DNA from: Octopus sinensis
Taxonomy: Eukaryota
NCBI RefSeq assembly: GCF_006345805.1
Contig: NC_043009.1
Location: 8,184,001 to 8,248,000 of the forward strand
DNA: 64,000 nt
Direction of reading: 5' to 3'
Shown: positions 54,681-64,000 of the stretch, one piece after another
Numbering within the stretch: position 1 is the first letter of the stretch
Layout of the letters: each line of letters begins with the position of its first letter
Position numbers and translations under genes: made by a program
The notes under the pieces: generated by a model
Told to the model about the DNA's origin: nothing
Database searches by the model: none
Seen by the model: only the letters and a program-made list of their open reading frames with translations

Positions 54681-55499
54681 GGATGGTCTATCCAGTTTAC
54701 TTGAATCTCTTTTATTGGTTTCAAATTTTGGCACAATGCCAGCAATTTAGGGGTTGGGGTGGTTAAGATGATTACATCGACCTCAGTACCCAGCTAGTAC
54801 TTATTTTATCAACCCTGAAAGGATGAAAGGCAAAGTCAACCCCAGTGGGAATTGAACTCAGAGCATAAAGTCAGAAGAAATCCTGCTGAACAATTTTTCC
54901 AGCACAGTAATGATTCTGTCTCCTTTAACCCCTAATTTAAAAATAAAGACATAAAGACCCTTCCTGAGTCTTATTGGCTCATAGGGCCAGTTTCTTTGGT
55001 GCATATAGCCTTCCCCTGGAAGGGATGCCAGTCTGTCACAGGATTACTCATTTTTGGCAGCTGAGTGGATTGGTGGAGCAATGTCAAATGAAGTGTTTTG
55101 CTCAAGAACACAACACAGCATCTGGTCCAGGAATCGAAACCACAATCTTGCAATCATGAATCCAACACCCTTACCACTAAGCCACATGCCTCCACTGCCC
55201 CCTAATATTAGTCAGTTTATAAACAGTGTGTTCAAGGTTTATGAAAAGGTGTACACAGTTTCTAACAAAGATTCCAATTAGAGTTGAAACATGCATATAC
55301 GGCATTGGGTAGTAAATCTATAAATGTGTTTTGTTGTACATTGTAGAATATATTTAGTAAAGTAGGTACTAACATATTTGATGTGGTGAGCTAAGTCTGT
55401 TAGCACCCACTTTACAGTTAGTTTTTCATGTTACTGGCACCCTTAGGATTTCTGTCCAATGATTCTTATATGTGTGTGTGTGTGTGTGTGTGTGTATCA

Positions 55500-55920
55500 T
55501 CATCATCATCATCATTTAACATCTGCTTTCCATGCTGGCATGAGTTAGATGGGTTTAACTAGAACTGATAAGCCAAAGGGCTGCACCAGATTCCAGACTG
55601 ATTTGGCATGGTTTCTATGACTGGATGCTCCTCCTAACACCCACCACTCCAAGAGTGTAATGGGTGCTTTTTACATGCCGCTGGCATTGGTGCCATTTAC
55701 GTGACTCCCAGTAATGGCCATGACTATGATTTCATGGGTGCCATTTACACAACACTGGCAATAGCCCCAACTATGGTTTCACTTGGCTTGCTGAGTCTTC
55801 TCAAGCACAGCATATCACCAAGGTCTTGGTCACTTGTTATTGCCTCCACGAGGCCCAACATTCAAAGATCATGCATCACCACCTTGTCCTTTACCTCTGT
55901 GAAGCCCAACATTCAAAGAC
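55500..55920 (-). mobile_element. RTE-tail short repeat (family D)
   Basis: (CAT)n-TTTAAC..TTTTCCATGCTGGCATG terminus identical in type to the RTE 3' end at 53760-53990. Other copies at about 5320-5505, 8920-9260, 11100-11230, 20965-21180, 27115-27215, 32520-32790, 43985-44240, 44760-44860, 56950-57310, 58580-58900 and 59780-60010. Confidence 0.75.
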
Positions 55921-56097
55921 CGTCTGTATATATATGGAAGTAGTATACTGAATGTTTAATAAACATATATTGAATCTTGCTGTGAAATAGACAACATGAA
56001 TAAATCACATTAGCTTCAGCAACCAGAAGTCATGATTGAATACAAACTAGTTTCACATTTCATTAATGACTCATCAGGGATCACTTACCACACCTAC

Positions 56098-56168
56098 CTG
56101 TTGAAGTTAAGAAGCTCACAGCTTCTTACAGAAATTGTATACAAATTATAACAAGCATAACAGGTTAT
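56098..56168 (-). CDS. Candidate exon (ITCYACYNLYTISVRSCELLNFN, phase 0 to 2)
   Basis: Acceptor TTGATCTTGCAG|, donor CAG|GTAGGT; only the phase-0 frame is open, matching the previous exon. Confidence 0.35.
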
Positions 56169-56619
56169 CTGCAAGATCAATTTTCACAGCGAGATTAAAT
56201 ATATATTTATTAGATGACATTCTGAACATGATTTCTATGTACATAATTATTCATAACCACACAGTATTGGTAGTGTCATTATTAATATATTCAAGATGTC
56301 CTGAAAGACTGCTTCCACAGAAAGAGAACTTTAAATGTTTGAAATTTCAGCAAATGCTCAAATTATTCGAGGGTCTTTGATATCTAAGAATTTTCAACTC
56401 TGTTGAATATGTGAACTTTGAACCTTCTTGAGTGTGTATGACACATTAGGTGAAGGACGGAAACTCAACATTCAACAAATTTGCCACAAAACCTGTTTCA
56501 AGTTTTCTAAAGAATATTGATATTTTAGCTACATTTTTTTCTTTTCTTTTTGTGAGTTAGTGAATTATTTACAAATTTGAATGTGTATTTAAGTGAACTA
56601 TTATTGTAAAATAGGAGTT

Positions 56620-56911
56620 GATATTCATTATTTACATTCGATGGATATTTGTCCTCATCTTGTTTGTTGTTAACATAACATTTCAGCTGATATACCCTCC
56701 AGCCTTCTTCGGGTGTCTTGGGGAAATTTCGAACCCGGGTTCTCATTCCTAAGGTATTTTTCAATGTTATTATTATTATTATTGTTCAGGTCACTGCTTG
56801 GAATTGAACTTGGAATCTCGGGGTTAGTAGCCTGTGCTCTTAACCACTATGCCATATGCCTGTGGCATATAGCATAGTGGTTAAGAGTACAGGCTACTAA
56901 CCCCAAGATTC
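56620..56911 (-). mobile_element. tRNA-headed SINE-like element with Penelope-type tail and inverted partial head
   Basis: Minus strand from 56860: GGCATATGGCATAGTGG (A box) ... GTTCAATTCC (B box), (AAT)n, then a hammerhead-like motif. A 48-bp inverted copy of the head lies at 56864-56911. Confidence 0.7.
56672..56718 (-). ncRNA. Degenerate minimal type-I hammerhead ribozyme motif
   Basis: AGACAC-CCGAAGA-AGGCTGG(agggtata)TCAGCT-GAAAT-GTT-ATGTT: stem I, CUGANGA-like core, stem II and GAAAC-GUH. It carries substitutions versus an inferred CUGAAGA/GAAAC consensus. Confidence 0.55.
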
Positions 56912-57771
56912 TGATTGGAATTTTCTTTATCTATTTGATTTATAGCTAAATTGAGCCTTATGAACGTGACAAAGGAGTGAGATATATGGCACATTGCTGT
57001 ACTCAAGAAGACTTGCCCATTGCAACAGATTTGATATCCTAAAATGTAGATGCCACATGAAAAAGCATTTGTGTGAGTGTTGGTGTCATGTAAAAACACT
57101 GGTGCTGGCGCCACATTAAAAGCACTCAGCACTCTTTGTAAAGTGGTTGGCATTAGGAAGGGCATCCAGCTGTAGAAACCAAGCCAAAATAGACTATGGA
57201 ACTTGTGTAGCCCTGACCTTGCCAGTTCCTCTCAAGCCATCCAACCCATGCCAGATCGGAAAATGGATGGTAAATGTTCACAATGATGATGATGGTGATG
57301 ATGATGATGATGATTATTTAGAAGGCTATTTGTCTCAACAGTGCTTAGGATTCCTCTGTGCCCATCACTCTATTATGTATTGTCAGTCATCCAACTTAAA
57401 TTTCAGTGTAAAAGAATGTGAATTGAGCGTTTTTTTCTTTTGGGCATGGATAGGGATGAGGGGTCAAATATATATATATATAAAAGAACCCCAACATTTT
57501 TTGAAATTTTGCTGAATATTTCCTTCCTCCACCAAACACGTGTACTGATATTCAAAGGTAGATATGATTGCTTACTTTAATTATATATCATTACTGATTT
57601 CAGGTGGATTCTACAGGAAAAAAAAAAAACTGAGTTGTTTCATGCCTGGAGACCTAGGTAGGTAGTCATTTAAATGAACCTCATTTCCTGATCTATCTTC
57701 CTGGAAAAGTTTCATCTAAATAATTACTCATATTAGTTGCAAAATGTAGTGGAGCATAGTCACATCAAAAC

Positions 57772-57905
57772 CTTATTTTTGCATCTTCCTAGCAAAGGAA
57801 CATCATCTAATTTATAACATAAAAAGTATTCTGACATATGAATAGATGTTACTAGTAGTATTGTAAAAATAGAATATGGACCCATAAATCTTTCATCAAA
57901 TGTCC
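57772..57905 (-). CDS. Candidate exon (GTFDERFMGPYSIFTILLVTSIHMSEYFLCYKLDDVPLLGRCKNK)
   Basis: Acceptor GTTTCTGCAG|G; only the phase-1 frame is open, matching the previous exon; weak donor AAG|GTTTTG; contains a hydrophobic stretch. Confidence 0.35.
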
Positions 57906-58012
57906 CTGCAGAAACTTGGATTAGAGGAATATATATAACAGATTTTATTCCTATGGATGCACACTTTTCAACACACACATACGCACAGAGATAAGCATGA
58001 ATGTTGTACAAA

Positions 58013-58392
58013 AGCGCGGGTGTGGCTGTGTGGTAAGCAGCTTGCTTATGAACCACATGGTTCCGGGTTCAGTCCCATTGTGTGGCACCTTGGGCAAGTG
58101 TCTTATACTAAAGCCTTGGGCCGACCAAAGCCTTGTGAGTGGATTTGGTTGACGGAAACTGAAAGAAGCCCGTCATATATATATTTCTGTGTCTGTGTTT
58201 GTCCCCCCTCAACATCACTTGACAACCGATGCCAGTGTGTTTATGTCCCCGTAACTTAGCAGTTCGGCAAAAGAGACTGATAGAATTAGTACTAGGCTTA
58301 CAAAGAGTAAGTCCTGGGGTTGATTTGCTTGACTAAATGTGGTGCTCCAACATGGCCACAGTCAAATGAGTGAAACAAGTAAAAGAGTAAAG
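58013..58392 (+). mobile_element. SINE family A
   Basis: Full head-to-tail copy; a partial copy follows at about 58445-58575. Confidence 0.88.
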
Positions 58393-59054
58393 GTTTCTCA
58401 TTGAGGCACTATTTTATAGCTGAGTGTGTGTGTGTGGGTACAGGTACGGATGTGTGGTTACAAAGTTCCCTTCCCAATCACATGGTTTCAGGTTCACTCC
58501 CACTGCATAGTACCTTGAGCAAGTGTCTTTTTGGTATTGTCTTGGGTCACCCAAATCCATGTGAGTGGATTTGGTAAATCATCATCGTTATTTAGTCTCT
58601 GTTTTCCATGCTGGCATGGGTTAGATGGTTTGACCAGAACTGGTAAGCTGGAGGGCTGTACCAGGTTCCAGTCTGATTTGGCATGGTTTCTACAGTTGGA
58701 TTCCCTTCTTAAGTCCAAACACTCCAAGAATGCAATGGGTGCTTTTTACATGTCACCAGTACAGGTGCCATGTACATGACACTGGCAACTGCCACACATA
58801 TGGTTTCACTTGGCTTGATGAATTTTCTCAAGCACAGCATATCACCAAAGGTCTCAGTCACTTGTCATCAGCTTGTCATTAGCCCCAACATTCAAAGGAA
58901 ATTGAGAATTGAAAGAAGCCCGTCCTCTGTGTGTGTGTGTGTGTGTGTGGTCCTTGTCTTGACATTGTGAGACAGTTGTAAACAAGTGTCACCATACATG
59001 TGATGTCATTTGTTTCCAATCTTCTGTGGAAAACATGTTTTGCCAAGGGTAATA

Positions 59055-59280
59055 TAGCTGGCAGAAACGTTAGCATGCCGGGCAAAGTGCTAAGTGGTAT
59101 TTCATCTGCTGCCATGTTTCGAGTTCAAATTCCGCCGAGGTCGACTTTGCCTTTTATCCTTTCGGGGTCGATTAAATAAGTACCAGTTACACACTGGGGT
59201 TGATATAATCAACTTAATTCGTTTGTCTGTCCTTGTTTGTCCTCTCTGTGTTTAGCCCCTTGTGGGTAGTAAAGAAATAG
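59055..59280 (+). mobile_element. SINE family B
   Basis: Near-consensus copy flanked by GGTAATAT. Older copies at about 17385-17630, 34855-35050, 37070-38130 (three), 52160-52290, 52800-53020 and 54715-54920. Confidence 0.85.
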
Positions 59281-59886
59281 GTAATATTACCTTGCTTGGA
59301 AGTAGACGAGGGGTTGGTGACAGGAAGGGCATATGGCCATAGAAAATCAACTTCAATGAATTGGACTTTGTAACAATGATGATGATGATGTGTATATAAT
59401 CATGTGTGTGTGTATTTAGATCCATACACTCGTGATTAGAGTGTTTTGCTCATGTTTGTTGTGGGTCCAATTACTGAACTTGTTAGTGTACTGTATCCTT
59501 GTGCAAGGCACCTCACATTGCTCCACTCTACGCAGTTGGGATGAGTACCAATCAGGAACTGCTGAAGTTCTCTCTTCCTTCAGCTCTTACATCCTGGTTG
59601 CTCATGTGTGCATGGGCAAAAATGGTTTCTGTGTCTGCTCATGGTTACATTGGCACCTAAAATAATTAGCAAGAACATGATACATGTTACCATGCTATAC
59701 TTTCACAGAAGTGATGGCTATACTGTAAATACATATATACATGTATATATGTAAAAAACACCCAGCATACTCTGTAAAGCAGGGGAGCTGCACCAGGTTT
59801 CAGTCTGATTTCACTTGGTTTCTATGGTTGGATGCCCTTGCTAATACCAACCACTTTACAGAGTGTGCTGGGTGCTTTTTATGTAG

Positions 59887-59938
<52 letters not shown>

Positions 59939-60542
59939 GTATACACGTAATGTATAGTTTATGTTAGGAAAGGCATCTAGCCATAGAAACCATGGAAAAT
60001 GGATGCTAAATGAAGATGATTGTGTATGTTTGTACAATGTGTGTATGTTTGTATCATCTATAAAAGCCCCTCCTACAGTTTGGCAAAGTCCTGATAGGTT
60101 TTATCATTCATCAAATTATAGGCACCGCTGTTATCCTTTTCTGTCTAAAAATGTACGCATGTAATTGGAACGCTGTCATTATTATAGTTCAACATTTAAA
60201 AGTCACATCTTCCAAAAGTTTGAAGTTAGCTTCAAATATCACAAAAAACAAAAAATTAATTTCTTCCATTGTTTCACACTTAAATTTGTTTATAATTTTG
60301 AAATATTCATGTTTTATGCCCTATAAATCAGACTGTTAATTTTCATAACGTTTGAATTATATTTCAAATTTTATAAAAGTTAAGTGTGATTTATAGAGCA
60401 TAATGACTGAAGATTTTTAAAATATAAACAAATTTGAATGTAAAATACTGAAGCGATAAATTATGTTCTATCTTCCATGATATTTGAAACAACATGATAA
60501 TTTTTTGAAAATATTTTTTTTTAATGTGTAATGACAGCATTG

Positions 60543-60576
<34 letters not shown>

Positions 60577-61064
60577 ACATATATATATATATATTGCCTA
60601 TATGATTTTTTTTGTGAAATATTATTGTCTCCTTGTGTTGTTATAGATAGATACTGGTAGATCACGAAGTAAACATGATTTTATAGTTACATAGAAATTT
60701 AAATGCGAAATAATGGAAGAACGAATTATTTTCTACTCTGTGCTAGATGAAATGATATTTTAATAAGCAATTTTGGTAACCTATTTAAAGCATCAGACAG
60801 TTCTAGAACAACATTCATGGTCCGACTTCATTCTATGATCTCAAAGTAGTTGTTTGATATGTCTATGCAACATTATACTGTGAAGCTGACCAGAGAAGAT
60901 GCTTCTTGGAAGATTATGCAGACTGATACGGATTGCATTCTCAGTCTTGCATTCTCCAAGCAAAGCAAGGAACCATTTTATTCTCATTTTCTTTCGCTTG
61001 TTCATCATCCTATCCTCAGCTCCTTTAGTGTCTCATCACAACAAAAGTCAAATCTATAGCTTAC

Positions 61065-61167
61065 CTTTGTCTTCTACAAGCACATTCTCATTGAAATTAC
61101 TGTTGTTTCCACATATTTCAGCATCCAGGCAATAATGGGTATCTCTGCTATGTTTGCATCTATACAT
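61065..61167 (-). CDS. Candidate coding exon of an unidentified gene (MYRCKHSRDTHYCLDAEICGNNSNFNENVLVEDK, phase 1); may instead be 5' UTR
   Basis: ATG at 61167 and strong donor AAG|GTAAGC; upstream is a long trinucleotide-repeat-rich UTR-like region (61200-62000). Confidence 0.35.
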
Positions 61168-61490
61168 TATAGACACGCATATCTAACCCACACAGACTCA
61201 CTATCCTCTCTCGTTGTCTCCTCTTTCTTCCTGCTTCTCCGAGTGCAACTACTATGGCCTTCCTGACCCATCTGACACAGCTGTTTCACCAACTTGTGTT
61301 ACTCCTACTGCGTATAGACTTAGAACTGAGCTATGGAATTTGTATTTTAAAGAGAGAGTAAGCTGTCTGTTGAGGGACATTTGATGTCTATTGCTGCCAT
61401 TATTAATTGATGCTGTCACCATTTATTTGATCTATTCTGAATGACTTTCTGGTCTGCCAAGAGTGCCTATATTAGGTCACAGCTGCCTTT

Positions 61491-61523
<33 letters not shown>

Positions 61524-63051
61524 GTAAGAATTTTTGAGTCTATTTTCTTTTTGTTGCTGCTGCTTTGAATAACTCACAACTTTTTCTCCAAAGCAATTTC
61601 TTAAAACAACTTGTATGCTTCGTTAATTCTGTCTGTCTATGGTTTACAGCATTCCAAAGATTTCTAATGATGACTTTTGAAATAATTACCATAGCAATTC
61701 TATAATAATAAAAACCTCGGCAAAACAACAACATAAAAACATCAGTAAAACAACATTTAAGCAACTTTTGTCACTGCCACCACTACCACCATCAAACATC
61801 AATATTGTTGTTGTTGTCATCATCATCATCATCATCATCATTGGCAGCAGTATCTTGTAGTAGTAGTAGTAGCAGCAGCAGCAGCCTGTTTCCTTATCTA
61901 CATCAATATTAAACAATTTATTGATTTATTTCTTTCAATGTTACTGAAGTTTTCTTCCTCTTGGTAAGTTTTGATGATTTCAGTAGTAGTTCTTCTTGTT
62001 TTTCAGTTCCCTTGGGAACCAATACTAATATTTCTATCCTACCCTGCTACCCAGTAAATCCAGCAACCAAAAAAATTATATAGCCCAGACAATATTTTTT
62101 TTCTGTATGGGGTGGAGATAGTCAGACTAATAACAAATATTACCCCCTTTCCAACCCAATTCCATTTCCTTTCATGACCCTTCCAATCTATTTTGATTTG
62201 GAATTTAGGTCAATAAACTGTCCCTAAAGGAGGTTACGCTTTTTTCTTTCCTACCCCCTTTTTAATATCTTTCCTAATACCCCAAACACTTAAACATACT
62301 CTTCTTCTTTTCTTACTTAAATCCTAAGATTGTCTTTCTTTATACTTTGTTTTGTTTAGTTTTTATTTTTTTAAGCATTCATGGTACCCCCCCCCCCACC
62401 ACATTTTTTATGTCTTCAAAAATTATGAAATTATTTGTTATATGTCTACCATTATACCTAGTCTCAGAGTTGCTTGTTTTTGTCTCACTATAGTTTTCTG
62501 TTTCAAATCGACTTTCTAGTTCCAAAGACTACACGCAAATATTATGGTAATTTCCTAACTTAACTATTGATTAAATTTGTTCATTCAGTCAATGATGAAG
62601 AAGGAGTTTTATGTTAACATTATTTGTTGGTCATTTATGTATGTATTCATTTATTTATTAGTAGATATCTAGTGGTTCTGTATGACCAGCAAACTTCCCC
62701 TCCTTATCTATCTCTCCTCTTTCTCATCCCGTCCTCCATTTTCTGGCATATTTCCAATTTAACTAGCCATTTCTTCTTTTGTTGTTGTTATATCCATGAC
62801 AACAACAAGAACAATGAAGAGATATCAGCACTAGAAAGTGGAGATGCTTCAGAGTATTAGGGTGAATAGAAATACTTAGATAAAATTCGGAAGTCCAAGT
62901 GTTATCGAAGGATATTTAATAACTTAATCTTTAGCAACCAAACTTACTTGATATAAGGACTGACCTGACTTAAGCAACAACAACAGCATTTTGAAGGGTC
63001 TCGTTGTTGTTTAGACCCAGGTCAGCTCTGATTGAGCAAGTCATTTGTGAC

Positions 63052-63313
63052 CAGTGCCAGCGCTAGGAAGTGCAGGACCCAATTAGAGAATTGTCAGTGA
63101 GGCCCTCTTCTCTACAAAAGCTAACGTTTTATGTTTTGTGTAGTATGCCAGTCCCAGCCAAAAGGTATTGAGGGCTTGAGGCTCTGTCATTAGCCACAAT
63201 GATGTACTATAACTTCATCATAGCATCCTCCACTCGAGCGTGTGCATGGGGTTCTTTCTTGGTGCAGGGCCCAATTTGAACAAATCCGTCTAATTGGCTT
63301 AAAACCAGCCCTA
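63052..63313. mobile_element. hAT-type MITE
   Basis: Ends CAGTGCCAGCGCTAGG / TTAAAACCAGCCCTA; flanking 8-mers TTTGTGAC / TCTATGAC (6/8 match). Confidence 0.55.
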
Positions 63314-64000
63314 TCTATGACCATCTTACTTTGGGGTAATTGGGGGAATTTGGGGATTGAATGACCAGATTATGAATCTTCAATTCGGATCAAAAAACTT
63401 TTGGTTTGATGCCATTCCAGCCATGCCCATTGTTGAGTATTTAGGTAGCATTACTTGTACTAAATCTGACCAGACATTTTGTTTGTGACTCTAATGCAAG
63501 AATGGCTAGCATACTGCCAGTGGGCTGGTTATGGCCCCCAACTCAGTTTTGTAAAACAAATTTTGAAATATTGTATAATATACATCACTAGCATTTGTTG
63601 GGACTAGGTGCCCAACCAGATTTAAGATTAACACTGTTTCTGATTAGTCAAATCAGCACATCTAAGAGAATCTTTTCTATCTCAACCAATAAGAAAGAAG
63701 CTTATGGATCCATACACTGAAGAATGTGACCCATTTCCTTTTTGTCTATGCAGGCAAAGCTAAATGGAAATAGTTCAGTTCTTTTTTGTTGTTTTCTTTT
63801 CAAATTTATGCACCCAGTTGTCTAGTGATATATATTCAGATGTATATATATCTGAATGGATTCTAGTGATATATATAAACAATAATAAAAGGTTTTGCAG
63901 CTCAAACAATGCAAGATTTCTACCAAGCATTGAAATTTTAAAGAACTGTGTGTATTCGTTTAGACTATTTCTATCTTCTTTCTTACTGCATGGACTCTTA

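Noticed and set aside
56790-56911. Genuine tRNA genes
   Set aside because: The tRNA-like heads here and in SINE families A-C lack a proper acceptor stem and terminator and run into repeat bodies.
1-64000. A novel prokaryotic-style system (defence island, operon, prophage)
   Set aside because: No gene-dense region, no long intact ORFs, and the composition is that of an animal intron/intergenic region.

Overview
AT-rich, repeat-dense metazoan genomic DNA. The dominant SINE families and the abundant (TA)n/(CA)n/(CAT)n microsatellites match what I recall of Octopus (coleoid cephalopod) DNA; this is pattern recognition, not a search result. There is no prokaryotic operon, CRISPR array or intact long ORF. 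Most of the window is layered transposable-element debris: at least four SINE-like families, RTE, CR1 and Penelope fragments, a full-length but dead DD37D (maT) Tc1/mariner element, and MITEs of hAT, piggyBac, mariner and probably Merlin type, several with clear target-site duplications (TSDs) and nesting. Between the repeats are phase-compatible minus-strand exon candidates (61167-61065, 57905-57772, 56168-56098, others further left, and a signal-peptide-like exon at 2411-2248). They suggest the window is mostly intron of a gene I cannot name. The most unusual structures are a tRNA-headed SINE-like element carrying a Penelope-type minimal hammerhead ribozyme with a head-to-head inverted copy of its tRNA head (56.6-56.9 kb), a second hammerhead motif at 24.4 kb, a 29-bp doubly palindromic tandem array (31.7-31.95 kb) and two long fold-backs. 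Nearly all ORFs in the supplied track are microsatellite or TE artefacts. Boundaries of degenerate repeats are approximate.
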